NCBI GenBank assembly: GCA_951804945.1
Contig: OX638158.1
Coordinates: 41,540,001-41,604,000 of the forward strand
Length of the DNA: 64,000 nucleotides
Origin: Podarcis cretensis
Taxonomy: Eukaryota
Direction of reading: 5' to 3'
A program made the position numbers and the translations under genes. The first letter of the stretch is position 1. The number at the start of each line of letters is the position of its first letter. Positions 39,447-51,826 of the stretch are shown here, in pieces. The notes under the pieces are model-generated. The model saw only the letters and a list, made by a program, of their open reading frames with translations. It had not been told where the DNA came from and did not search any database.

Positions 39447-41701
39447 TCATGATGCTTTGTCATCTCTGCACTCTTCAGTTTGGAAGACAAGTGGTGTTGG
39501 TTTATGTGCTTTAAGACAAAAATGATAATTGTATTTCATTTTCATTTTGGTTGGCTTGCGGTGTTTCTCTTGTTAGCCTCCTAAAACTCTTAAATTCGAG
39601 AGAGAGAATAATATTTTACTTTCTAGATCACTGTTCCAGGAACAAGAGATATAGCCTCCGTTTGGTTGGGTGTTTTATAATGTTCACATTTACACATGTT
39701 AAAGGTTAAATAGATTGAGATATTAACCTCAAGGCCATAATGCCAGGCTGTTGAAGGATTAAATGTTTATCCAACAAAATAAAATAAAAAGTACATGATT
39801 ATAAAATAGTGGAAAGTTCATTAACACCGTGTCTCTTGATGCAGATGGTATTTGTAAGTTTTAAGGTTTGAGAATCTTAGCAGGAATATGAGAATCCAGA
39901 GATGGGAGAATAACTAAGAACCTCTGGAGAACTGAGCATATATAATGCATCCCAGTCTTATGATCAGTTAAATCTTATTTCCAGCTCAGGTAAGCATGCA
40001 TAGGATTGCAGCCTTAATATTATGGCAGCTTTATTCACTTTTATTCACCCTGTAAAGCATTGCCATGTCATAAATATGTTTAAACAAATTTAGGAAGTAT
40101 AGTCATATGCAAGAAAATACAGATCAGACACTATAGACAAATAGAAAAGTCAATCTTGCAGTTCATGAACCTGAAATATCACTGCTTTATCCTCATCTAG
40201 AATTTTTCTCCCATTACATTGCTAATATCTCCAATTCCTAGCTCTCTCTTCCCTGGCATGTTTAATTTTAATTTCTTATTATCCAATGACATTCTTGCTC
40301 ATTTTGATAGGTAATTGGGGGCTGCAAAAGAAATTTTAGCTATATACCGGTAAGTCCATATATTAAGCCTCCCTCTGATTGCAGATACATTGTCTCTGCA
40401 GACACCAGTTTGCAGTTGCTGCTGTGTTTTGATCTAGGGAGAGAGGGGAGAAATAGCACATTATCGGTGTGACTTTCCTTTTCTGGCAATTTAGGAAGGG
40501 AAGACCATGATCATGCTTTCCTCTTCTTCTCTTCTCTTACAAACCAGTCTCAGTTTGATAGTGTGTGCTGGTTGTTTCCCCCCTGGACCTCTTCCACATT
40601 TAATCTCCATTGCGCTTTGTGGCACAAGTTCCCACAGGGTATTTTTGAACTTTGATTTTCTCCATGGCCTGCCTGCTTTGTTGTAGCTAATACCATCACT
40701 GATATCAGATTTGCTTGATAACACTTTCATCTCTCTCTTTCTCCCCCGGGCTATTACTACTATATTTGGACAGCTATTAAAGCTCTTTTCCAACAAAGAA
40801 CTCGGCTGCGCTTCCACCATATATGAGTGCTGATTTCAGAGATGCACCACATTCTTGAGACTTGTTGCTGCTTTTTAGGGTGACTTAGAAAGGGGGAAAA
40901 ATTCGCACGATGAAAGTGGCTCCCTTTCCCCTTTTTAAGCATTTAACCAGCAAAATTCTTGTCAGTATGATGAGTGGGAGTGGGTAGCAATATGAAGCCC
41001 ACAAATCGCAGACTATTGCGCTCCCCAAAGTGGTACACATATTTATGACACACAGCTGGAATTTCTCTGTGTAGGCAGTGCCTAACTTCCTAACATTGCT
41101 ACTCTTTTCATAAAACGTTTACTCTTTTTTCTGTTTTTATCAATCATACCATTTTAAATTGTGTTATTATAAGCTGCCTTGCACATTTCCTGGAAAGGCA
41201 GTATATGAATATTAAAATAAATAAATCCATAACATGCTGATACAGCATAAATGGTGGCCTGTAATCTTCTCAAGGTGAGGTCTTCGTATAACTCTTTGAC
41301 TGGAACCACATGTGCTGTAGGTTGTTACAGCAAAGTCTTGTGAGAGTAAAATTGCCTGTACCACTTCAGATTGCAACCAGAGGAATGAATACACACATAC
41401 ACATAAACACACAAACACACAAACACACACAGTCACATATGAGTTGTTAACATGCATAATAACCACCCATTGTGCACCAGGAGGATGTGCACATATTCCT
41501 TCCATGAAGAAAAGAATGTGCATATTAACCAGTCATTATGCATAATCTCCAACATGCCTTGGGGAATATGCATATCTCAACCCCATTTTCTATATTATCC
41601 AGGCAATATGCACATTCTTTGTTCAGTAGGCATAGAAACATGCCTCTTTTTTATTTCTTGTTAAGGCATCTTCAATTTGTACTCCCCAGCCTGCTTCTGG
41701 C

Positions 41702-42450
41702 GAGGGCCGGATTTAGGTATGATGAGGCCCTAAGCTACTGAAGGTAATGGGGCCCTTTATATGTTCAGCTGTCCTTTGTCAACAACAAATTGTCACTGTT
41801 TTTTGTGTTGAATATATGCTATATGGTAATTTTGGATCTAATAGGTATCTAAAGCCATTTGCACATAACAAAATATGAATTTTATCAAAGTAATTGTTGA
41901 ACTGAAATACAATTAAGAAAAAGTATATTAATAGTGAAATACAATTAAGAAGTAGTATATTAATAGTGAAATAATTATTAAGCTCTAACTTAAAATGATT
42001 TTTATATGATTATTGCTTTCATTTTATGGATCAGTGGTCTTATTAGATGGTAAAATTAATATTAAATTACTGTTTTAGGGGTTGTTTTTAAAAGTCTGTA
42101 ACGGATTAATCCATTTTGCATTACTTTCTATGGGAAAGCACGCCTTGGTTTTGGAATGCTTTGGTATAGGAACAGACTTCCGAAACGGATTAAGTTTGAG
42201 AACCAAGGTACCACTGTATATAGAAATGAGCAAACCAGTGATATTTTAGGGAGCAGGCTAGCAGGCGGGGCCCATTACTTACATCATAGGAGCCTACACA
42301 ACACCAAACAAAACACTGTTGCTGTATGTAGGTTTTATTTTATTTGTTTCTTATCTTATATTTTGGAAATGTACATCCAGGTTTTTTTCCTTTAAAATTT
42401 TTTGGGGCCTAAGCTTTAGCTTGTTTAGCTTATATGTAAATCTGGTACTG
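41702..42450. mobile_element. hAT-type MITE of the same family as 8054-8501, opposite orientation, with a nested Tc1/mariner MITE fragment
   Basis: Exact 8-bp TSD CTTCTGGC (41694-41701, 42451-42458); about 300 bp extra internal sequence including GGTACCACTGTA at ~42219. Confidence 0.85.
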
Positions 42451-44647
42451 CTTCTGGCCCACTACCTAATTTTACATAGCCCACAATATATACCACCACC
42501 CTCAATCAGTGAAACAGCAAGAAACACTTTTTGTCACTTGGTCACTCCAGTCTTCTGACATGCATACAACCCAGGAGATACATAGTCAGATTTGATTTTT
42601 GTATATGAAGTACTAGGGTGCTGATTTTTTTTTAAGTGGAGGTCAATGAAAAACCATATATAAAGCATTATTAATCCACAGACAAGTACAAATAAAATGA
42701 ACTGAACTCACAATCCGACACAGCTGTTCTTTTTCTTCCCTATAAGCAGTATTAAGTGGCTTTTAGCCAACATACAATCATATACAAGATCACAGGCTCT
42801 TCCAAGTGTCATAACTGAATGGGCAACACAAAAAGCAGCAAAAGTAAGCTAGACTTTCACCAGTAAGAGGAATCTACTCAGCTCACTTGGCCTATTCTGA
42901 GAGACAGCCAGTCAGCTTTGAAAGACTCAATTAACCATCTCTTCTTCCAGCTAGGGGGTCTCATAGAGGCAAACTGTTTAACACTGTGCTATTAGGGACA
43001 TTGGAAAATCAACATGGAGTGATGGAATGCATGTAAGACATTTAAATTATAAGTTGATTAGTTAATGTGTTTTACCGTCTTTGGTAGCTTTGAAAAATAA
43101 GTGATTCACTGTGGTAGGTGTGCTTGTTTGAATGCCAAATTATTAAAAGTGCTTGCCTAGGCTCTTAAAAAAATAATCTTAATTTAACAAAGCTAGTACT
43201 ACATCATCAAGTCTCCACCAAGTGTTATAGTCATTTAATTAACTGTTTGCATGGCTCAGCATATCCTTTGAAAGAAAAAAATGTGCTTCATTTGAAGACC
43301 AAATTAGCTGGCACTGGTCTACAGCAAATCCATCCCACTGCTGCTTGTCACCCTAGTTGGCCAGCTGGGGCTATTGTAGGGCAACATGTAGACATTGGCC
43401 ATGCTGATTCATAAACAGGTTCCCTTTAACAGGACAGCAGCATAGACTGTAGTCATGTGCCCATGTTGGCTGTAAAGGTTGGTATGGTACCCCCTTGTTA
43501 AAGCTCCCTCCCTTGGTCAGAAGGGGCCACTGCAGCACATACATATCATCATTACGTCTTAAGAATGCTCATGGAAGTCATGGTGGCAGCCTTCGTGAGT
43601 GTGATATCTTTGGAATATGGAAATACTGCTCAAAGAAGCTGCAGCTATGTGTTCCTCAGTATCTTTATCACACAAATGGATCATTCATGAAAGCAGTTAT
43701 TTGTGAAAATGAGCTGATGGATATACCGTATGAACCAGCTCCAAAACTGAATGATAGAATTTTCAGCTTTAGCTATTATCTTTACACAATATTCGTGTGA
43801 TGGTAGGTGGGGATTTATTATATTAATTTGCAAATAGAGCTTAGTTCGGTTCTGTACTTCACATAATATAATTCCAGTGTTTGTGTGTTTCTAAGCTAAT
43901 GAATCTCAGACTCTAGAAAAAAATATTTATCTATTACAGCTAACATGAATGTGCCTATCAGTTTTATCAGCAGCTGTAAAAAAAAAGAAAAGATATTTTA
44001 ATGCATGTGCAGACATCTATATTTTTAATTGGATTAAAGCAAATAGTAAGTTGAATAGAAAAAATACTGCAAAGACAAAGCAAGACTCATACTGTTACTT
44101 CCTGCGGCATCACTCAACCGTTACAATGACTGGGAGCTGTACAGCAAATATAAGCTTTCAAATGTAGACTTACCAGAGGTAAGAGAATAAAAGAGACTAG
44201 ATCTTTCACAGGTTCTTTTCACAGTGTTCTGTCATTCTGAGGGTCATATAAATTGAGCAAGATTTATAACACAGACAGAATGCTCTGTGTGCAATTACTC
44301 GTATTTGGAGCATATCAGCAACTATGCCCTCTTGTAGTTACACACAATCCAGGAGACAAGTGATGACTGCTACAGAAAGCAGCATAACTCCATGCTTTTC
44401 CCCCACTAAAATGTTGGGGGAGGAATATATGAACAGTTCAGTTGCCAGGTGTGTACTTGCCCTCCCTATTGCCTGTGATGCTTTTGTTGTTGTTGCAACA
44501 AGACACCATGAGAAAATACTGTAAGGAGCTATGTTCAGAAATGGGAAAAGTCACTGAGGATAGAGGATAGTTGTGTGAGAGTTTTCCTTTATTTAAATTA
44601 GGTTTGGAGTGCTGCCGTTTTAGGCACCTGGTCTCTCTTTCTGATAA

Positions 44648-45147
44648 AGGATTCACATCTTTGCGTTTTCAGTGTATGCCCTCCGCCTATCTAACAGGAA
44701 GATTTAATAATACCCCTGTGTACCAAAGACTCTGCATCTGTAAGTCGAGAGACGTGGAGGACATTCAACACTATTTGCTACGATGCCTTTAATATACATC
44801 CCCTAGACAAAAATTCCTCGATTACATCCTTTGTTCTTTTCCCAGCTGACCTCCCCTTGAGCAAATCTCTATTTTGCTAGCTGGCAATAATGTATTTATT
44901 ACTGCACTAGTTGCAAAATTTGCTTTGTCTGCAAGTAAGTTGAGAACTAGGTACCAAGACAAGTATCATAATGGGGAGTGAAGTTCTTAACTTATGCAGG
45001 TGTGATTTTGCATTTTGGTAAGTCTGTTTTCCTGTTGTTGTTGTTCAGTTTTGATTCAATTATTTGTATCCCATGTACTGTGACCATTTCCCAACTTGTG
45101 TTGAATTGTGATGGCTTATAGCTTTTAGCAATAAAGATTTCATTCAT
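44648..45147 (+). mobile_element. 5'-truncated LINE 3' end with CCHC knuckle (RTE-X-like)
   Basis: GRFNNTPVYQRLCICKSRDVEDIQHYLLRC; AATAAA followed by (TTCA)n tail; TSD TCTCTTTCTGATAA / TCTTTTTCTGATAA. Confidence 0.7.
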
Positions 45148-45328
45148 TCTTTTTCTGATAAGCAGTAGCAATCTATTTTGAAGACTTGACCACTGTAGAA
45201 ATCTGAATCATATGGAAAAGTGCCAACAGTATATTCCTGTTGATTTCATACACTTTGCTCCGTTTCTTCACTAAGTTGGTGAAAGTAGGCTAATGTGAGT
45301 GGTCTATGGTTTGTTTGTTTCTTAATAG

Positions 45329-45550
45329 CGTCTGTCAAATGGCTCCATAGACTCAAATGATGAGACCAGCCAATTGGTGGAACTGCAGGAACTTCTTGAA
45401 AAGCAAAATTATGAAATGGCACAGATGAAGGACCGCTTGGCTGGATTGTCTTCCAGAGTCGGGGAGGTAGAGCAAGATGCAGAGACAGCTAGGAAAGACC
45501 TCATTAAAACTGAAGAACTGAACAGCAAATATCAGAGGGACATTAGGGAG
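45329..45550 (+). CDS. PPFIA2: Liprin-alpha-2 coding exon (RLSNGSIDSNDETSQLVELQELLEKQNYEMAQ...KYQRDIRE)
   Basis: taatag|CGT...GAG|gtaaaa; 222 nt; overlaps ORF 45374..45640. Confidence 0.95.
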
Positions 45551-45733
45551 GTAAAAAAAATTTCCACCTCCATTTGTTTTCGTTCATCTGTACATTCATT
45601 CATTCCTTTTGAAGCTGGTACATCTCAAAGTCAAGTTTAGATTATAAGCCATCTAATGACCTCCTGCTAGCTACATGAATATTGGCAGCGATTGTAAATT
45701 GTAGTCTTTTGATGTATTGTTTGTTCTTTTAAG

Positions 45734-45880
45734 GCAATGGCTCAGAAGGAAGACATGGAAGAAAGGATCACTACCCTTGAAAAGCGTTACCTAAGTGCTC
45801 AGAGGGAATCCACCTCCATACATGACATGAATGATAAGCTGGAAAATGAGCTGGCAAACAAGGAAGCTCTCCTGCGTCAG
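45734..45880 (+). CDS. PPFIA2: Liprin-alpha-2 coding exon ([25 protein letters not shown]...KEALLRQ)
   Basis: tttaag|GCA...CAG|gttcag; 147 nt. Confidence 0.95.
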
Positions 45881-46820
45881 GTTCAGTATCTGGGATCACT
45901 GCTAAGAGACTCTTCATAAGTGTCCTCTCATCATTTAGCTGAAAAGAATGGCAAATGTGTGTTCTTGCTATGATCTTACTCTGCCATCCAAATACTGCTA
46001 GATTTGGATCAAAAGGGAATGAGGACTTTTCTTTCCAGCAAGAGAAGTCAAAGATAGATCAGATTTGGGCCCAGATCTGATTTTTCCAGAGCTAAGATGT
46101 TCAAGACAAGGCTAGAACATATCTGATTGTCAAACCTGATTATCTGATTATCAAGTCAGGGTGGCAAGATTCTGGGAGTGAATCCAGATTGGGTGAGATG
46201 AAGGAAAATCAAGGTAAGCTAGAAAGGGAAAGTATGACAGGTTTATAGCAGCAAGCTGAGCTACACATGAACTATACAGACTGGATCATAAACTTTGACC
46301 ATCAGTAGATTTTGGGAGAGGGTGAATGATGTGCAGTGCCAGCCAGGAGAGTATCTATGACTGCAGCATGCAAGCTATGTTTGCTAATATAAAACAGCCT
46401 AAAATAGTGGGAAACTAAGAGCGTGCTATTAAAAAAAAAAAAAAGCTTTGAACTTGCCATAGGAAGTTTCTTACTCATAAGAGTAAGAAACCACTTGAAG
46501 GTGATATGTCTTGGTTCATGAGAGCATGGGACAAGTTACTGATTGCTCCTATTTATATGTTTTATTAACTTTCCAGTTTGTTGTAGCGTTCATTCATATT
46601 AATGCCTTTTCAGTACATCTCTCTATATTAACACTTCTTCAGTGCATCTCTATATGAATCATTACATGCTTCATCGGTTGGGTTTGAGAAAGTGAGGAAG
46701 ATTTGCTCTTCGAGAGCCAACCAGGATGAACCATTGGAAGTCCAATCCCCTGAGAACGGCAGCAATTTCCTGATCCGGCCTTTTATTTATTTATTTAACC
46801 GTCTCATTTCTGGGTTTCAG

Positions 46821-46955
46821 ATGGAAGACAAAAATAGACAGCTGCAGGAACGGCTTGAACTAGCTGAGCAAAAGCTGCAACAAACAATGCGGAAAGCTGA
46901 AACGTTGCCTGAAGTGGAAGCTGAACTGGCTCAGAGAATCGCAGCCCTGACTAAG
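46821..46955 (+). CDS. PPFIA2: Liprin-alpha-2 coding exon ([45 protein letters not shown])
   Basis: tttcag|ATG...AAG|gtattg; 135 nt. Confidence 0.95.
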
Positions 46956-47919
46956 GTATTGTACACTTGAGAGCAGGTGAATTTCAGAAACACATTTTCC
47001 TTTAACATTGATTTTCATCCCTTTTCCCTTCCTTCAGCACCATCAGCAGCAATAAAACCCTGTTTTGGAGTGGACAAGATGATTCTACTTATTGGCACCG
47101 TAAATAAATACTAATTACACATACGACGTTATTTGCTTTAGCTTAATTTAATGGCAGAGGTATTGCTTCGTATTTCTTGTATGGCTTGAGTCCATTTCTC
47201 CCAAAATCCCAAAGGAGTTTATTTTATAATACTTTGTATTATAAAAGAGTTATGATTAATCCAATTCAGCTAAAAATCATGAACTTTATTTGCCATTGAT
47301 TTTTTTCCATGATTTCCCACATCACATTAATTCAAAGAAACACGGTGATCACTTTCATTAAAACAGACCAAAAGAAAATAGACACTTTCTTTTCCAGGCT
47401 CAAATGAATCAGGGTTGCATGAGAGCATAAGATGGATAGGAGAAATACCCAGTGGATTGTTCCTATAGGAAGTAGTATCACACAAGTTTCATGCAGATAT
47501 ACAAGTTGCCAGTTTCGATGATACACAAGTTCAAAAAGAAAAGGCACATGTCAATCACATATATTCTGCTGGCTCTTCTTTATAATGCCTAAAACCACTC
47601 TTGTCTTACCTTCCCGCCCCCCACCCATGTGGACTTAGACTCCATTTCTATGCACACTTTGTTGGAAGTCCATTCCTCACTGAACTGATTGACACTCAAT
47701 ATCTGAATAGGGTGCAAATGCATTTACAGAAGTGTTCTGGAACACAGTAATAAAATCTTTGATGGCATGTAAGAGAGAGAGAGATTTTTCATCAGTAACT
47801 CAGAAAAGTCACCAAAAATTGGAGGGTTTCTTTTAATGCTTCTCAGGTTTCTTTTAAAAAACAAACCAAAAGACAATGGCTCATTCCTGTGGGTATCTGT
47901 TCTAATGCTTTTTGGATGT

Positions 47920-48253
47920 GCACAGAGCCTAGGGCTTGCCGATCGGAAGGTTGGCGGTTTGAATCCCTGCGATGGGGTGAGCTCCCATTGTTCGGTCCCA
48001 GCTCCTGCCCACCTAGCAGTTCGAAAGCGCGTCAAGTGCAAGTAGATAAATTGGTACTGCTCCGGCGGGAAGGTAAACAGCGATTCCATGCGCTGCTCTG
48101 GTTTGCCAGAAGTGGCTTAGTCATGCTGGCCACATGACCCGGAAGCTGTCTGCAGACAAACGCCGGCTCCCTCGGCCTATAGAGTGAGGTGAGCACTGCA
48201 ACCCAAGAGTCGTCCGCGACTGGACCTAACGGTCAGGGTTACTTTTACCTTTT
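47920..48253 (+). mobile_element. Sauria-type SINE, slightly 5'-truncated
   Basis: Core and TTTACCTTT tail; many CpGs retained, so probably young. Confidence 0.88.
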
Positions 48254-50614
48254 TAAAGTAGTTTCATGGGTGAATATCTTCTTCCTTCATTAAGATTCCT
48301 TGTAAAGTTCAGAAAAAGTCACACCAAGCTAACAAAGTGATGTGTGAATGGGCCCTCCAATGCACACAGGTGGTTATTTATTTATTTATTAAGTCTTTTC
48401 TGTACAGTGAGCAGCTCAGTGTGTGGGAAGAAAACTATTAGATGTGTTTTCCTCCCATTCCCTCCACGGAACAAATGGAGAAATCGCCATGCAAAGCAGC
48501 TCCAAAATGGAGCACGCACAATGCTGAAGTGTTTATGTGTCCTGTAGTCAGCTAATATAAGAGCTACTGTAAGTGACATTAGGAAAGGAAGGTTGCCATG
48601 TTCATCCATTGGGTGGGTGGAGAGAAGACCAAAATAATAATAATAATACAGTATAGTTACCACTCTGTGATTATAAGTTGCATAGGTTTCTAGCCTGTTT
48701 GAATGATCATTTCTGTATTGATGAGGAGAAGAAATGGGGGGGGGGATCCTCATTCATAGGAATCCCAGCCCTTCTGTGTCTTTTCAGTTCTGTTCCTGTT
48801 AACTAGATATATATGATCTGTGTGTTCCATCTAGATTTTGTTGTGCAATTTATATCAGGAACTGAGTGAGACAGAATGTATATGTTACTTAATTGAGGGC
48901 AAAACTACTATTTGGACAACAAGATCACAAGCAATGCAGCCAAACATAGCCAAAAATACATCTGTAGCCATTGATGGCACTAGTGACCTCTTTTGAATGC
49001 CAAGCAAGAGCCTACTTGGTCTCTGCAATGCCAGTCAGGGGACCTTGTTTGCACTGCCTAATGTGTGGGGAGGGAGTCAAAGGCAAGTTACACTCTACAT
49101 CCCAACTGAGTCAAGGCCCTTAACCCACTGCTAACTTCTCCCCAAATAGTTTTCTGGCCAACTCAGTTGCCAGCTTCATTGAAGCCAGCAGAGAGGGCAG
49201 AATCAGGGGAAATCAAGGGTCCTAATGTATTACTGTTATTATGTTTTAAGTTTAAGCAAGCTAATCAACATAACTGACTTCTTTCCTAAAAACAGTGGAT
49301 AAAAGCGAGAATAGACTTTACTGGAACCCTCCCCACAATTCGCTCTACTAAAAAGATGCTTAATGTATTGGGCTCAGAAATCCAGATTTTTTACTTCTGA
49401 CACATTATTTTCTGTTGATCAATTTGTATAAGATTTCAAGTGTTACATAGCAAGAAGAAAACTAACATCAATTTAAACTGGTCTAACACACATGAAATCT
49501 GAAATCTTGTTTTTCCCTCTGGTGCGATCAACAGTTCTTAGGTGATCACACTTACCCACTGATTAGTTTTGGGGGCCGCCTTGATGTGGATACGGAAGAG
49601 ATGTGTATGCAGTTTTGCCACTGATACTGAAGTCAATGGAGGAGTCCTTGAATATTGGGTGGGAGTTCACATAAGCACCTCCTTTACTAGGAAGTATTGG
49701 TAATCTGGTAAAACTATAGCCATGTTATGAATTTTTTCATCTTATAACTACTCTATAGTAGGCTTGTGTTGTTCATAACATTGTGTTTCAAATAATAATA
49801 AATATATTATAAATGAATGAACAATTCTAATTCAACTAAAGTAAACCTATTCTGCACCCCTAAATTTAAATATATATTGGATTGGATCTTGACTTAGTCA
49901 TGCTTGAAGCAGCTTGAAGCACACCTTAAGTGCACTGGTTTTTAATGAGTCTGTCTAAGCATGATTAAGTCTGGAGCCAACTCATTCTTAGTATATTTTT
50001 GGAAGTTGCTTGCGACCAGTTTCTCAGTGAGTTCCAGGGATAGGGAGTTCCTGAACGAAGAAGCAATAGTACAACAAAACAAAAACAAGGAAGCATCCAA
50101 TGGAAAAGACAAAAAAAAAAGTATCAAAGATGCTGAAGAGAAATACACTTTTTATTAGTGCCCAACATGTTTCAGCCCACTATGTCAAGGGATTTTATGT
50201 TTTCTTGTAAACAGCTCAAAAACATCCACGTTGAAATTACTGCAAGGCAAAACTCCTCAAGAGTTCTTCCAAGGTTCCAGAGGGAGGGAATCATGTCTAG
50301 GATAGTGTTTCCTCCTTTTTTGCTACAATCAGAGCGAAATTGCTAGGATACAAAAGGGATGAGTTACGCAGCTTGCCAGACTGGCACCTCCTTCCTCCTG
50401 CCTGCCTACTTTGTTTTTATCTCAATACCAGCAGTTTGGTTGCTCCTTCATAGTATCAATTTCATATTAATGCAGTCGCATTGATGAGGAATGTCAATTT
50501 ACAGACTATGTACCTCCTTTTTCAAGCAAGCAGTTCTCCCTAAATCAAAGCAAAAGCCAGTCATGAGGCCTAGCTTCTGATCTATATGCATGCATAGTGG
50601 ATAACAGATTACAG

Positions 50615-50958
50615 TCTCATACCCTCCAATATTTCTCTGATGAAAATAGGGACGTCCCATTCCATAATGATAATTTTACTATTTATGCTCCACATATCTT
50701 ACTCGGTTGCCCCAGCCACTCTGGACAGCTTCCAACATATATAAAAACATAATAAAACATTATTAAAAAACCTTTCCTATACAGGATCGCCTTCAAACGG
50801 CTTGGGGATCTGATAACTCCATACCCTCCAACATTTTTCCAATGAAAATAGGGACATCCTAAATAAAAGTGGGACATTCTGGGATCAAATCAGAAACCGG
50901 GACGGCTTCTCCAAATTAGTGATGTCCCTGGAAAATAGGGATACTTGGAGGATCTGCA
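50615..50958. mobile_element. Composite of a MITE-like repeat (GAAAATAGGGAC units) and an L2 3' fragment
   Basis: ATACCCTCCAA...GAAAATAGGGAC occurs twice around an L2-like tail segment. Confidence 0.55.
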
Positions 50959-51603
50959 GTCTTCTTCATGTCCTGGGGAGGCTGTTAAACTTCCCCACTC
51001 TGAGAGAGAAGGAGACAACACAGAAACTGAGTTTTTGGAAAATGATCAAGAGATTAAAAATTGTGGGATAAGCAAATTATTAATGAGATATGTAAACACC
51101 AGCAAATGCAGAATGAATGCTCTTTGTCATATAACCACCCCATAAACAAATCGGAATGAATGTTCAATAAAGACTGGACATAGTCTAACACCACAAACTT
51201 TTGCAACAAATCAGGATGAATCCTGAATAAATAGGCTATCTGGAGGAACCCTAGTACTCAGTGTGATCCCTAATTTCAAAATGAGAATATTTTCAGCACT
51301 TTGCATCAAAATAACATCAACTCAATCAGCAAAGGAAACTGTTGAAGAAATATGCTCTGAAATTGTTGTGTTACTTAAGGATAGTTTTTGTGCAACTCCA
51401 AAAATGAAGTTTCTGTCTAGACACTAGAAGATAGTGCCAGATATCTGCTGAACTTACACAAAGTGCCCTAAAGGCATTCAAAGACTAATTAAATGGGACT
51501 CCAAAGAAGGAAGACAATCTAGACATTTTAACCCTAGAGAAGTTCAGTCATTGCATTAAAAACAGATGAGAGCAAAGTTTTCATCCTGAAGTGATAACAT
51601 CTA

Positions 51604-51826
51604 CAGTGGTACCTCGGGTTAAGTACTTAATTCATTCTGGAGGTCCGTACTTAACCTGAAACTGTTCTTAACCTAAAGCATCACTTTAGCTAATGGGGCC
51701 TCCTGCCGCTGCGCCGCTGAAGCATGATTTCTGTTCTCATCCTGAAACAAAGTTCTTAACCTGAAGCACTATTTCTGGGTTAGCGGAGTCTGTAACCTGA
51801 AGCGTATGTAACCCAAGGTACCACTG
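51604..51826. mobile_element. Tc1/mariner MITE (same family)
   Basis: TA|CAGTGGTACCT ... AGGTACCACTG|TA. Confidence 0.88.

Noticed and set aside
46466-46491. Perfect 11-bp-stem hairpin GTTTCTTACTC-ATAA-GAGTAAGAAAC
   Set aside because: Short and isolated; no functional context can be supported.
50975-51600. Possible highly decayed RTE-like LINE remnant
   Set aside because: Too degenerate to support without an alignment.
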